Source: Betaproteobacteria bacterium
Lineage (GTDB): Bacteria; Pseudomonadota; Gammaproteobacteria; Burkholderiales; JACQAP01
Length of the DNA stretch: 64,000 nt
Assembly: GCA_039931685.1 (NCBI GenBank)
Contig: JBDTRK010000002.1
Coordinates: 11,253-75,252 of the forward strand
Direction: 5' to 3'
In this document: one piece after another, positions 37,775 to 47,901 of the stretch
Layout of the letters: each line of letters opens with the position of its first letter
How positions within the stretch are numbered: the stretch's first letter is position 1
Notes under the pieces: model-generated
The model's input: the letters and a program-made list of their open reading frames with translations, nothing else
Database searches by the model: none
What the model was told of the DNA's origin: nothing
Position numbers and translations under genes: made by a program

Positions 37775-38569
37775 TCAGGGAGCGCGGTGTTCGACGCCGT
37801 ACTTGGCGTAAATGCGGGTAATGGTGCCGTCGGCAAGCAGCTTGTCCAGTATTGCGTTGACGGCATCGACCATCGCGGCGTCGGATTTGCGTATTCCAAC
37901 GGCAACTTCCCAAGTCAGGCGCGGCTCGTTGTCAAATGCATTGACCAGGCGCAGGCCAGACTCCGGGTGCTGCAGCACGTAGTAACTCATCGTCGCCGAC
38001 GAGACTGCTGCGCCATACAATTCACCCTTCTGCAGATCTTCCAGCATGTCGCTCTGGAAGGCATAAGGCGAGGTGGCCTTGCCGGCTTTGTTCAGCACCA
38101 TGCTTGCCATCGAACCGACCATGATGCCGATTTTCTGGCCCTTCTTGAGTTCGCTGAAATCGCTGATTGGCTCCGCTTCGTTGCGTAGTCCAAGTGCCAG
38201 TCCCGATTTTTGGTATGGATGCGAAAGCCGCACTCTTCCTTCATGCACCACCGGGTCGTTGACAACATCGAACATAAGGTCGCAATTGACTACGTTCGCG
38301 CGGCGCCGGGGCAGGATCCATTCGATGTTGAGCGGTACTCCAAGGCCTTCGGCCAGTGCGCGCCCAATCTCGACCTGGAAGCCGGGCTTTTCTGCGTCTT
38401 TGCTGGCGTAGGGCAGCGCATCGCCATTCGCGCACATGGAAACCGCGCCCAGCGATTTGACTTCGGCCAGTGTGCGTGCCGTTGCATCACTACAGGCGAG
38501 AACGCCGAATGCCACGGCAGCGGCGGTAATGAATCGTTGCAGATAATTAAGTTGGTCACAAAGCTTCAT
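37775..38569 (-). CDS. Quinoprotein-dehydrogenase-associated periplasmic binding protein (MoxJ/XoxJ-like, family 3 SBP fold)
   Basis: Signal peptide, SBP_bac_3-like sequence, ATGA-coupled to the upstream cytochrome c and downstream of a PQQ dehydrogenase. Confidence 0.75.
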   Translation of the reverse strand: MKLCDQLNYLQRFITAAAVAFGVLACSDATARTLAEVKSLGAVSMCANGDALPYASKDAEKPGFQVEIGRALAEGLGVPLNIEWILPRRRANVVNCDLMFDVVNDPVVHEGRVRLSHPYQKSGLALGLRNEAEPISDFSELKKGQKIGIMVGSMASMVLNKAGKATSPYAFQSDMLEDLQKGELYGAAVSSATMSYYVLQHPESGLRLVNAFDNEPRLTWEVAVGIRKSDAAMVDAVNAILDKLLADGTITRIYAKYGVEHRAP

Positions 38570-38907
38570 GATGGATTCTTGGGTTCTTCGTCAGGTTTCA
38601 GACTACGAATGAATTTGAGGATGTCACGTATCTGGCTTTCGGTGAAAACACTGCCAAAAGCAGCCATGCGCCCGGGCATCCCATGCGTAATGCGGTTGAT
38701 GATGAACTCGTCGCTGCGAGCAGAATTCATCAACTGAGGGCCCTTGCTTTCTACCCGACCGTAGTCCGAGTGACAAAAACCGCAGATATTGCGGAACGTA
38801 TTCTTCACGTCCAGCGGCTTCGCAGCCGGTTTCTGATCGTCGGCAAGCGCCGCGCAAGACAGGCTTGCGGCCAATAAAGCACCCGCCAAGAGCCGAAGCA
38901 CTCGCAT
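38566..38907 (-). CDS. Small c-type cytochrome, putative electron acceptor of the PQQ dehydrogenase
   Basis: Signal peptide MRVLRLLAGALLAASLSCAALA, single heme motif CGFCH and distal Met (GMPGRM). Start chosen at the internal ATG. Confidence 0.8.
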   Translation of the reverse strand: MRVLRLLAGALLAASLSCAALADDQKPAAKPLDVKNTFRNICGFCHSDYGRVESKGPQLMNSARSDEFIINRITHGMPGRMAAFGSVFTESQIRDILKFIRSLKPDEEPKNPS

Positions 38908-39033
38908 GGCGGTTGCTGTGGCCTTCAAAGTTCTGTCGGTGAAATAAATAGACATCGTTTCCTCAAACTAGTTTCGTTGCACGCGGTGTTACTTCGTAAT
39001 TAACGTGCTCGTTGTGCCTGCGTGCACAGGGGA

Positions 39034-39064
39034 CGAAAAAAGGGCGGGAACATTGTCCCCGCCC
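39034..39064 (-). terminator. Rho-independent terminator after the PQQ dehydrogenase gene
   Basis: On the minus strand, GGGCGGG gacaatgtt CCCGCCC followed by TTTTTT. Confidence 0.75.
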
Positions 39065-39087
39065 GTCAATTATAAACCGCTTGCGAG

Positions 39088-40833
39088 TTACTGCAGTGCG
39101 AACACCTTCAGCACGCCGGAATCCTTCGGCATGCTCTTCCACGGCTCGCCGAACCAGTCACCGTAGCCGTCGCCGACCAGCGAACCCCAGCCGGTCATGA
39201 CTGCGACGTACTGCTTGCCTTTGGCGAGATAGGTGATGATGCCGCCGTTGCTGCCCTGGCCGAGGTTATGCGTCCACAGCTTCTTGCCGTTGGTATCGTC
39301 ATAAGCGACCAGTGTACCTTCGGCTTCCGGCACGAACAGAACGTTGCCGCCGGTGCTCAGCAGGCTGGCGTGCGGCGTGGCGCCGGGATACTTGATTTCA
39401 AACTTTACTTTGCCGGACAGCGGGTCGCGTGCACGGATGTGGCCATGCATCGACTTGTCGCCCTTCGGCGCTACGAACGTGAAGTCAGCACCGATGTTCA
39501 ATTGCACCACCGGCTCTACGATCGGCTCGGTCTTCACCACGGTCAAGTCCATGCACCACTCGTAGCCGACGCGGTAGAACAGGCCGGTCTTGGGGTTGTA
39601 GGTACCCGCATTCCAGCTGTAACCGCCGGCAATCGCCGGGCAAAGCTGCTCATGCTTGCCTTCGGTCAGATCACGACGGCCCACCAGTTCTCCGTTGGGC
39701 TTGATGTCCTTGACGAAGTTGATGTTGTCGACGCCCTTGTAGACGTTGACCGGCTTGCCGGCGCGGTCATACACGAACACGAATCCACTCTTGTTCGGGT
39801 GCACGACATACTTCTTGCCGTCGCGTTCGATGAACATGAACTCGCCCATCGACGAATCGAAGTCCCATGCGTCGTGCGGCAGTTCCTGGTGATACGCCTT
39901 CAGGGTGCCGGTGTCCGGATCCAGCAGGATGACGGAGGTCACGTAGAGATTGATGCCAGGACGCGCGCCTTCAGTCATCCACTTGTCCCCCGACCAGTCG
40001 TACAACGGCGCCGGGTTGGCGGTACCCCACCAGACCGAGTTGGTTTCCGGGTCATAGGCGCCTGCCATCCAGCCACCACCGCCGCCGACTTTCCAGGAGT
40101 CATTGCCCCAGGTGTCACGCCGATCGGATGCAGTGCCCTCGTTGCCGCCGACGGTGAAGAATTCCCAGGCTTTTTCACCGGTCTTCGCGTTCACGCCGAA
40201 TATCGGGCCACGATACGGCCACTCGCCACCCTGCGCGCCGATGATGATCTTGTCCTTGACCAGCAGCGGTGCACCGGTAAAGCCAACGGTCAGTTTCTCG
40301 GAGTCGATCAGCTTGGTTTCCCAGCTGAGCTTGCCGGTCTTCATGTCGATGGCAGCGAGCTTGCCGTCGAGCGTACCGATGAAGATGTTGCCGTAGCCGG
40401 CAGCGATACCCCGGTTGTACGGGGAGTGCGTCTGACGGGCGACCAGATCTTCATTGAGCTTCTGCTTGTACGTCCACAGCATCTGGCCGGTTGCGCCGTC
40501 CAGTGCATAGATCTGGTTGTACGGGCTCGAGTAGTACAGGACGCCGTCGATGGCCAGGGGGAAGCCCTGCAAGCCGCGATTGGCGCGCGAGGCCGTGTGC
40601 GACCAGGCTTCGGTGAGCTTGCCCACAGTCTTGGTGTTGATCTGATCGAGCGGGCTGTAGTGCCACGACTTGTACGAACCGTGGTACGTGAGCCAGTTGC
40701 CCTTTTCGAGTTCCTTGTCTGCGTTGAGCAGACGATTGCCGTCGACATCTGCAGCGAAGGAGCTTCCCGCAGCCACAGCCGCGGAAAATGCCGCCGCCAG
40801 CGCGATGCGCAGGTAACGTTTTTTGCTAATCAT
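39088..40833 (-). CDS. PQQ-dependent dehydrogenase, methanol/ethanol family (XoxF-like, divergent)
   Basis: RBS GGAGAGG, ATG at 40833, signal peptide. Eight-bladed propeller motifs (W...GxxxYSPL, GAPLLVKDKIIIGAQGGE, GGGGGWMAGAYDP, PHDAWDFDS). The 40834-41319 ORF extension was rejected. Confidence 0.88.
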   Translation of the reverse strand: MISKKRYLRIALAAAFSAAVAAGSSFAADVDGNRLLNADKELEKGNWLTYHGSYKSWHYSPLDQINTKTVGKLTEAWSHTASRANRGLQGFPLAIDGVLYYSSPYNQIYALDGATGQMLWTYKQKLNEDLVARQTHSPYNRGIAAGYGNIFIGTLDGKLAAIDMKTGKLSWETKLIDSEKLTVGFTGAPLLVKDKIIIGAQGGEWPYRGPIFGVNAKTGEKAWEFFTVGGNEGTASDRRDTWGNDSWKVGGGGGWMAGAYDPETNSVWWGTANPAPLYDWSGDKWMTEGARPGINLYVTSVILLDPDTGTLKAYHQELPHDAWDFDSSMGEFMFIERDGKKYVVHPNKSGFVFVYDRAGKPVNVYKGVDNINFVKDIKPNGELVGRRDLTEGKHEQLCPAIAGGYSWNAGTYNPKTGLFYRVGYEWCMDLTVVKTEPIVEPVVQLNIGADFTFVAPKGDKSMHGHIRARDPLSGKVKFEIKYPGATPHASLLSTGGNVLFVPEAEGTLVAYDDTNGKKLWTHNLGQGSNGGIITYLAKGKQYVAVMTGWGSLVGDGYGDWFGEPWKSMPKDSGVLKVFALQ

Positions 40834-41122
40834 ATTGAATTCCTCTCCAGAATTATTTCCCAAGGTAAGCCATGTCGCCGCGGGATCGTTTTTAGACAAG
40901 AAAAGGCAACCAGACGACGCGGCCGCCAATTCTTTACCCTCGTGCAGAAACCGCGATGTTTGGACGCCTTCTCGACACGCTGAGGCCAGCCCGGTTTCGC
41001 ATTTCGGTATGCGGGGATTCTCGGGATGTTTTCCCGACGAGTCAAGGGAAAAGCGGCCTTTGACGTCCTGCCCCGATGTCGTGCAAAGGGTGTACAGCGC
41101 AGGGGTGGGGCGGTTCAGATCC

Positions 41123-41941
41123 TTAACGTCGCTGACATACGGGGCAGAAGAACGTAGAACGTTGGCCCTGACGCACGTTGCGGATGGACGTTCCGCAGAT
41201 CCGGCAAGGTTCGCGCTGGCGTCCGTAAACATAATACGTTTGTTGGAAATTACCCGGGCGGCCTTCCGCGCCGACATAGTTGCGCAGGCTGCTGCCGCCA
41301 GCCTCGATGGCGGCAGCAAGCGTTTCCCGGATTGCGAAAACCAGTTTTTCGCAGCGCAGCAAAGAAACGCGACCGGCTGCGAGGCCGGGATGAATGCCTG
41401 CGCGGAACAGGGATTCGCTGGCGTAAATGTTTCCGACTCCGACCACGATGTGGCTGTCCATCAAGACCGTCTTGATGGCGGCGTTGCGCCCGCGTGTGCG
41501 CGCGTGCAACCAGCCCGCCGTGAATGCGTCACCCAAAGGTTCCGGGGCAAGGTGGGCCAGCAGCGCATGGCGCAGGGGATCTTGCCGTTCCCAGAGAACC
41601 GCGCCAAAGCGGCGCGGGTCGGTAAATCTGGCGGCCAATCCGGAGGCAAGCACGAAGTCGACGTGATCATGCTTGCCGGGCGGCGTTGAGCTGGGGATCA
41701 TCTGGAGACTGCCGGACATGCCCAGGTGCAGGATGATCCAGCCGTTGCCGCAATCGATCAGGAGATATTTCCCACGCCGCTCAATGGCTTGCACGGTACG
41801 GCCAGCGACCAGGCTGGCAAGATTGCGCGGCACCGGCCAGCGCAAAGCGCCGTTGCGCACGATCACGGTACGCAAGCATTGTCCTTGCATGTGCGGCAGC
41901 AATCCGCGGCGGGTGGTTTCTACCTCGGGCAGTTCCGGCAC
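41123..41941 (-). CDS. mutM: Formamidopyrimidine-DNA glycosylase
   Basis: GTG start giving (M)PELPEVETTRRGL. C-terminal zinc finger CRICG...CPVCQ. Confidence 0.95.
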   Translation of the reverse strand: MPELPEVETTRRGLLPHMQGQCLRTVIVRNGALRWPVPRNLASLVAGRTVQAIERRGKYLLIDCGNGWIILHLGMSGSLQMIPSSTPPGKHDHVDFVLASGLAARFTDPRRFGAVLWERQDPLRHALLAHLAPEPLGDAFTAGWLHARTRGRNAAIKTVLMDSHIVVGVGNIYASESLFRAGIHPGLAAGRVSLLRCEKLVFAIRETLAAAIEAGGSSLRNYVGAEGRPGNFQQTYYVYGRQREPCRICGTSIRNVRQGQRSTFFCPVCQRR

Positions 41942-41951
41942 GCGCTGCCCG

Positions 41952-42809
41952 CTATTTTTTTGCCACGACGCGCGGATCCAGCAATCGTCGCCCGACTTCC
42001 GCCCCAAAGTGGTAACGCATGGCATTGTCGCTGCGCACCAACTGGAAGTCCGGTTGCTTCTGCAGGATGTACATGACCACGGTCTTGCCGTCCTTGAAGC
42101 GCACCTTAATCTGTTCGCTTGCATGGCTGCCCTTATCGGGCGCCACGCTCAAAGCCGACGTGTGTCGCCATTCGTCGGCCCATTGATTGAAGACGTCCTG
42201 CGACAACGGCTGATCCGGCGTCACGGTGAAGTCGCCGGTCGCGTCCCACTTGCCTTTGTCGTCGCGAACGATCCGGTAACGGCCGAAATCGAATGCCACT
42301 GGCACGTCGCCTTCGTCGAGCAGACGCCGCCCCAGCATCTTGGTCACATCGGTGGCAACGCCATAACCGTAGAACGGAGCCGCCAGATATACGCCATCCG
42401 TGGCCGCCACATACTGCTCGTATGTAATGTCGTTGATGCGACCGAAAGCGAAGGCCTGGTCGTTCAACGTTACGCGCACCAGCGGCGGATTCAGATCGAA
42501 CTGGGCCAAATCGACGTTGGTGAGTTTCTGCTTGGCGGTGGCATTGACTATATCGACCAGGCGATCGACCTGGGTTACTTCGGCCTGCGCATGCAGTGGC
42601 GCAACGATGTGCCACACGCCATCGCGTTTCTCCAGCTTATAGGAGGCAGCGCCGCGCGGCTCGACCAGGATGCGGGTCACATCGTCGCGCTTGAGCTGAC
42701 TAAGCTTGATTACCGGCGCTGACGACTGCCAGGGCTTGTAATAGGCGTAGAGCGACAAGGCGACCAGCGCCGCGATCAGCGACAGATTGAGCAGGACTTT
42801 GGCCTTCAT
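41952..42809 (-). CDS. DUF4340-like protein, last gene of the ABC-2/GldG operon
   Basis: ATGA overlap with the gldG-like stop. N-terminal TM anchor. Usual partner of GldG-type proteins. Confidence 0.6.
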   Translation of the reverse strand: MKAKVLLNLSLIAALVALSLYAYYKPWQSSAPVIKLSQLKRDDVTRILVEPRGAASYKLEKRDGVWHIVAPLHAQAEVTQVDRLVDIVNATAKQKLTNVDLAQFDLNPPLVRVTLNDQAFAFGRINDITYEQYVAATDGVYLAAPFYGYGVATDVTKMLGRRLLDEGDVPVAFDFGRYRIVRDDKGKWDATGDFTVTPDQPLSQDVFNQWADEWRHTSALSVAPDKGSHASEQIKVRFKDGKTVVMYILQKQPDFQLVRSDNAMRYHFGAEVGRRLLDPRVVAKK

Positions 42810-44152
42810 GCCTTGCGCCGCCACCAGATGACGCCGCCCGCAATCAGGAAGGCGAGTGGCAGCGCCAGCAGAAATCCGAAGCCTATGAGCGCGAGTCCGG
42901 GTCGCGTAAGGTCAAGCGTCAGGTCTGCACGGGTCCGCGGTTGCACGGAGATCAGCGCCTCGTCGCCGGCAAGCCAATTGAGCATATTTACGCCCAGATC
43001 GAGATTGCCCAGCGTGCCGACGAACTGGTTGGCGAGAAAGTGTCCGCTTCCGGTAACCACTATGCGTTGCTTGTGATCGCCGACACTGCGCTCCAGTGCC
43101 GCCGCCACCACGATGGGTCCGCGCACATCCTTGTTGCGGTCGAAGGCGACATTGCCGTCGATGCTGCCGGTTTCTAGCCAGCCTTCCTGGGCAACTTCGA
43201 CCAGCGGCGTGAACTGCCATTTCGTCCCTTCGCTGGCAGCGATGCGGCGCGCGTAGGGAAATACGCTGGTGACGGTCGAGCGCTCGGTGATGCGGTGCTG
43301 GCCATATGAGGTCGCCAGCGCGAAGGTCGCCGGCAATTTGAGTCCGCCGGCAGCCGGATCGATGACCGTTCCGGGTGTCAGGCTCAGGCCGAGCTCGTCG
43401 GCAAGGCTCTGCATGCCATGCAGCGAACCGCTGTCGATCAGCCACAGAAGATTGCCGCCTTTTTCGATCCAGCGCTTGATCTTGATGACTTCTCCGGGAA
43501 GAAGATCGACGCGCGGGCTGGCAATGACCAGCACGGCGACGTTGTCCGGCACTTCCGGGGCAACAGCCAGATTCAACGCTGCGGTCTTGAATCCCTTGAC
43601 GCCCAGCTGTGCGCCGAAATCGCCCAGGTCATGATTGGCACGGCCGTCGAGCTTGCGCTCGCCATGCCCGTCGAGGTAGCTCACCTGGCGTTCCGCCGAG
43701 CGCACCAATCTGAGCAGAAGATTGGTCATGTCCTGCTCGGTCAGGCTGGTGAGATGCTCGCTGCGGCCGTTGTATTCCACCACCAGTTCGCCGTTTGCGC
43801 GCACACCCGCGGCCTGCGCCTTCTGCGGTTGATCGCGCGGATCAATGAAGGTCAGCAGGAAATCCTTCTTGGCGCGCTGGTAGCTGCCCAAGAATGTAGC
43901 CACTGTTTTGCGGGCGTCGCCTTCGGCGTCCTGTGCGGTCGCGTAGGCTGTCACCTTCACGGGTCCGCCGACCTGTTTGAGCACATCAATCGACGCCTGC
44001 GACAGCGTATTGCGCTGGCCCTGGGTCAGATCCCATTGCGTCTTGACGTCTTTGGTTACCCAGATGATGCCCATGGCCAGGCCGACCAGCAGGACGACGA
44101 ACACGCCGTTCTGGATAAGCAGTTGCAACCTCAGTTTGTTATTCGGTTTCAT
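42806..44152 (-). CDS. GldG-family ABC-transporter auxiliary protein
   Basis: N- and C-terminal TM anchors around a large periplasmic domain. 4-nt overlaps with both neighbours. Confidence 0.7.
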   Translation of the reverse strand: MKPNNKLRLQLLIQNGVFVVLLVGLAMGIIWVTKDVKTQWDLTQGQRNTLSQASIDVLKQVGGPVKVTAYATAQDAEGDARKTVATFLGSYQRAKKDFLLTFIDPRDQPQKAQAAGVRANGELVVEYNGRSEHLTSLTEQDMTNLLLRLVRSAERQVSYLDGHGERKLDGRANHDLGDFGAQLGVKGFKTAALNLAVAPEVPDNVAVLVIASPRVDLLPGEVIKIKRWIEKGGNLLWLIDSGSLHGMQSLADELGLSLTPGTVIDPAAGGLKLPATFALATSYGQHRITERSTVTSVFPYARRIAASEGTKWQFTPLVEVAQEGWLETGSIDGNVAFDRNKDVRGPIVVAAALERSVGDHKQRIVVTGSGHFLANQFVGTLGNLDLGVNMLNWLAGDEALISVQPRTRADLTLDLTRPGLALIGFGFLLALPLAFLIAGGVIWWRRKA

Positions 44153-44892
44153 GCGCGTAGCCGGTCTGCGTCGAGGCGCCGGATCGAGAGAATGAGGAAT
44201 ACTGCCGTCAGCAGGGCGAAATAGATCAGATCGGTCACGGCGATGGCGCCGTTCATGAAACTTTCGAAATGCTTGAGCAGCGAGTACAGGTGGACGGGGC
44301 TAGCCGGATCGGAGGCGGCGATGTTGATCAGCCACAGAACCAGAAAGGCCGCGAGCGCGCCAATTGCGGCAACCACGGGATGCGTGGTCAGGCAGGACAC
44401 GAACAGGCCGATGGCGGCAAAGCTCCCGGTCAGCAGCAGCAGGCCGAGCAGGTTTGCAACCAGCAGCCCGTAGTCGAGCTTGCCACCCATGAGCAGCGAA
44501 AGCGCCATCAGCGCAATGAGGGCACCGACTATCGTCAGAAAAATGGCCGTTGCCAGAAATTTTCCGAGCACAATCTGCGTCATCGACACCGGCGCCGACA
44601 TCAGCATGGTCATGGTCCTGTTGCGCCGCTCTTCCGCTATCAGCCGCATTGTCAGCAGCGGCACCGACATGAGCAGCACAATGGAAGCTATGCCGAACAT
44701 CGGTACCACGACGATTTCGGTCAGTCCCGGCGCGTTCGGCACGCGCGCGAGCTGTCCCTGGATGGTGAGGAAATAATCCACGCGGGTCAGAAAAATCCAG
44801 GCGAGGATGATTTGCAGAAACGCCAGTATCACCCACGCCAGCGGCGAGGTGAACAACCCGCGCAGTTCTTTTGCAATAATGGTGCGGATCAT
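44149..44892 (-). CDS. ABC-2 type transporter permease
   Basis: Six-TM profile, coupled to the upstream ATPase. Confidence 0.8.
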   Translation of the reverse strand: MIRTIIAKELRGLFTSPLAWVILAFLQIILAWIFLTRVDYFLTIQGQLARVPNAPGLTEIVVVPMFGIASIVLLMSVPLLTMRLIAEERRNRTMTMLMSAPVSMTQIVLGKFLATAIFLTIVGALIALMALSLLMGGKLDYGLLVANLLGLLLLTGSFAAIGLFVSCLTTHPVVAAIGALAAFLVLWLINIAASDPASPVHLYSLLKHFESFMNGAIAVTDLIYFALLTAVFLILSIRRLDADRLRA

Positions 44893-45848
44893 GCGGACAC
44901 CCCCTCTGCTTCTTCGCGATGGGTGAGTTGCACGAAGACTTCCTCCAGGCTGGCCTGCGCCGGTTGCAATTGAAACAAGCCCCAGCCGCGTTCGATCGAC
45001 GCGCGCACCAGATCGTCGGTCGGGTCGGTTCCGCCTTGCGGATGCACGCGAAACAGGTTGGCGTTGAGGGCATCGACCGATGCGCCGCCGGCGACGCTGC
45101 CGATGTCCTGTATCGATGGCGGGTTGCGCAGACCGATCTGAAGCGCGTGGCCGCCGCGGAACTGCTTGAGCCCGGCTATGGTGTCATTGAACACGACTTC
45201 TCCGCGATGCAGGATCTGAACGCGATCGCACACGGCTTCGACTTCCGGAAGAATATGGGTGGACAGAATCAGGCTGTGATCTCGCCCCAGGTCCTTGATC
45301 AGCGTGCGGATTTCGCGAATCTGGTTGGGGTCCAGCCCGACCGTGGGCTCGTCGAGAATGATCACGTCGGGTTCGTGGATGATGGCTTGGGCAATGCCTA
45401 CGCGCTGTTGGTAGCCTTTGGAGAGGGAGCCGATCAACCGGTCGCCCATGTCGCTGAGGCCGCACCGCGTGCGGGCGCGCTCGACGGCGCTGGCGAGTGC
45501 GGTTTTCTTGACCTTGTGCAGCCGCCCTGCCAGCCGCAGGTATTCGTTGACCTTGAGTTCCCGGTACAGTGGCGGGACTTCCGGCAGGTAACCGATGCGC
45601 GCCTTGGCCTGGGTCGGATGCTCGATCAGATCAATGCCGCAAATTTCAACCTCGCCGCCGCTCGGCGCGAGATTGCCGGTAAGCATCTGCATGGTCGTCG
45701 TCTTGCCGGCGCCATTCGGACCGAGCAGTCCGAGGACTTCGCCGCGCTTGAGTTCCAGGGATACTTCGTACACCGCTTTATTGCCACCGAATGAGCGCGA
45801 TATTGCCCGCGCGGAAACGGTCGATTCTGAGCTTGCCGTAGTGGTCAT
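44889..45848 (-). CDS. ABC transporter ATP-binding protein
   Basis: Walker A GPNGAGKTT, signature LSKGYQQR, Walker B IILDEPT. Confidence 0.92.
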   Translation of the reverse strand: MTTTASSESTVSARAISRSFGGNKAVYEVSLELKRGEVLGLLGPNGAGKTTTMQMLTGNLAPSGGEVEICGIDLIEHPTQAKARIGYLPEVPPLYRELKVNEYLRLAGRLHKVKKTALASAVERARTRCGLSDMGDRLIGSLSKGYQQRVGIAQAIIHEPDVIILDEPTVGLDPNQIREIRTLIKDLGRDHSLILSTHILPEVEAVCDRVQILHRGEVVFNDTIAGLKQFRGGHALQIGLRNPPSIQDIGSVAGGASVDALNANLFRVHPQGGTDPTDDLVRASIERGWGLFQLQPAQASLEEVFVQLTHREEAEGVSA

Positions 45849-46083
45849 GCCCTCGCCTTGTTGGTCAATTGTTGAAGAACTGCCGTCGACTAGTCGATCC
45901 CCTGGTCAGGTGTCTGAATTCGCCGGATTTCACCGGTGCAAAGTCCGGTGCAGGGCAGCGGGATCGCTTGTGATGGGCGCCAAATATACCTAAACTGTCC
46001 GCTGGATTGAAGAACTTCGCGCGGGATCGTTGCCTCTAACGGTCAGTCAAGCAATTCTGCGTTCTCACAACCTCCGCTCATCC

Positions 46084-47892
46084 ATGTCTGGAATCCCGAC
46101 TGTTTTCGCTACTCCCGTCATCGCCTTCTGTCTCGCGCTGGGCGCCTGCGCCCAACTGCACGCCCGACCCGGCCACGATAGCGTTGCCGGCAAGATGGCG
46201 GCCGCCGGGCCAGACGTGTCCGCACAAGCGGATCCGGAAAATTTCGAAGCGCAGGCCCGTGATGTCTTCGGCACGAAAGCGTTGCCGCAGGCCGACTTGC
46301 CCGACCGATCCTTGGATTCGGAACTGTTGTATAAGTTTCTGCTTGCCGAAATTGCCGGCCAGCGCGGGGACTATCAGATCGCGGCTAAGGCGTATCTGGA
46401 GATGGCCAAAACCACGCGCGATCCGCGCATCGCCCGGCGAGCCACGGAAGTCGCCTTGTTTGGCCATTACCCGGATGTGGCGGTGCAAGCAGCCAAAATC
46501 TGGCTCGAAACCGAAAAGGATTCGGCTGCCGCGCGGCAAACCCTCGCCGCCCTCTACGTCAACGGCAACGACTTGCCGTCAGCCAAACCGTTATTGCAGC
46601 AAATATTGGCCGCGGACGGCGACAACATCGGCCAGGTGCTGACGCAGCTATATCCGATGTTGTCCAAGCACGCCGACAAAAATGCGACATTGGCCCTTGT
46701 AAGGGATTTGACGAAACCCTACGCCGACCGCCCCGAAGCGCATCTGTGCCTGGCGGAGGCATCGCTGGCCGCCAATAAATACGACGCGGCACTGGTGGAA
46801 ATCCGCGAGGCGATGCGTTTGCGCCCCGATTGGGAGAACGGCGCGCTGTTCCAGGCGCAGTTGCTCAGCCGCGATTCGCGCGTCAAGGCGCTCGACTACC
46901 TGAAGTCCTTTCTTGTCACCTATCCGAAGGCGCAGGAAGTCCGGCTTGCCTATGCGCGCCAGTTGATCAACGACAAGAAATTTACGGAGGCGCGTGTCGA
47001 ATTCCAGCAATTGCTCGAGGCCAATCCGAATAATGGCGACCTTGCCGTCACGGTGGCCCTGCTGTCGGTGCAGATGAACGACCTCGATGTGGCCGAAGTG
47101 CAACTGAAGCGCGTGCTGGCGATGGGCTACAAGGATCCGGACGCGGTGCGCTTCCACCTCGGCCAGGTCAACGAGGAGCGCAAGCGCTACGACGAGGCGG
47201 CCAAATGGTACCTGTCGGTGGAGGAGGGCGACCAGTTCGTTCTTGCCAACGCCCGCTATGCATTCATGCTGGCCAAACAGGGCAAGCTCGTCGAAGCGCG
47301 CGCACACCTGCAAGGCCTGGTGCCGCAGGACGACGCCCAGCGCGTGCAAATCATGCAATCCGAGGCGCAATTGATGCGGGAGGCGAAGGACTACAAGGAG
47401 TCGTTCGAAATCCTCAGGAAAGCCCTCGAAGTGCAACCGGACCAGCCAGACTTGCTTTACGACGCCGCGCTGGCAGCCGAAAAAATCGACCGCATCGATG
47501 TAGCCGAAACCAATTTGCGGCGCCTGATCGCGCTCAAGCCCGACCACGCACAGGCCTATAACGCGCTGGGCTACACGCTGGCCGATCGCACCGACCGGCT
47601 CGCGGAGGCGCGCGATTACATCGAGAAGGCACTCAAGCTATCGCCGGAGGACCCTTTCATTCTCGACAGCATGGGCTGGGTGGAGTATCGCCTGGGCCAT
47701 GTCGCCCAAGGCCTGACTTATCTGGAGCGCGCTTTCCAGCAGCGCCCGGACCCGGAGATCGCCGCCCACCTCGGTGAAGTCATGTGGGTAAAGGGCGACA
47801 AGCCCGGCGCGGAAAAAGTCTGGCGCGACGCGCTGCGCGATAATCCGGAGAGTAACGAGCTGCAAAAGGTCATCAAGAAATACCTGCGCTGA
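46084..47892 (+). CDS. TPR-repeat lipoprotein
   Basis: Lipobox LALGAC and many TPR units. Conserved position upstream of lolB-ispE. Confidence 0.8.
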   Translation: MSGIPTVFATPVIAFCLALGACAQLHARPGHDSVAGKMAAAGPDVSAQADPENFEAQARDVFGTKALPQADLPDRSLDSELLYKFLLAEIAGQRGDYQIAAKAYLEMAKTTRDPRIARRATEVALFGHYPDVAVQAAKIWLETEKDSAAARQTLAALYVNGNDLPSAKPLLQQILAADGDNIGQVLTQLYPMLSKHADKNATLALVRDLTKPYADRPEAHLCLAEASLAANKYDAALVEIREAMRLRPDWENGALFQAQLLSRDSRVKALDYLKSFLVTYPKAQEVRLAYARQLINDKKFTEARVEFQQLLEANPNNGDLAVTVALLSVQMNDLDVAEVQLKRVLAMGYKDPDAVRFHLGQVNEERKRYDEAAKWYLSVEEGDQFVLANARYAFMLAKQGKLVEARAHLQGLVPQDDAQRVQIMQSEAQLMREAKDYKESFEILRKALEVQPDQPDLLYDAALAAEKIDRIDVAETNLRRLIALKPDHAQAYNALGYTLADRTDRLAEARDYIEKALKLSPEDPFILDSMGWVEYRLGHVAQGLTYLERAFQQRPDPEIAAHLGEVMWVKGDKPGAEKVWRDALRDNPESNELQKVIKKYLR

Positions 47893-47901
47893 AGTCGGCC
47901 C

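Noticed and set aside
40834-41319. N-terminal 162-aa extension of the PQQ dehydrogenase ORF.
   Set aside because: It overlaps the mutM 3' end. A good RBS, ATG and signal peptide are present at 40833.
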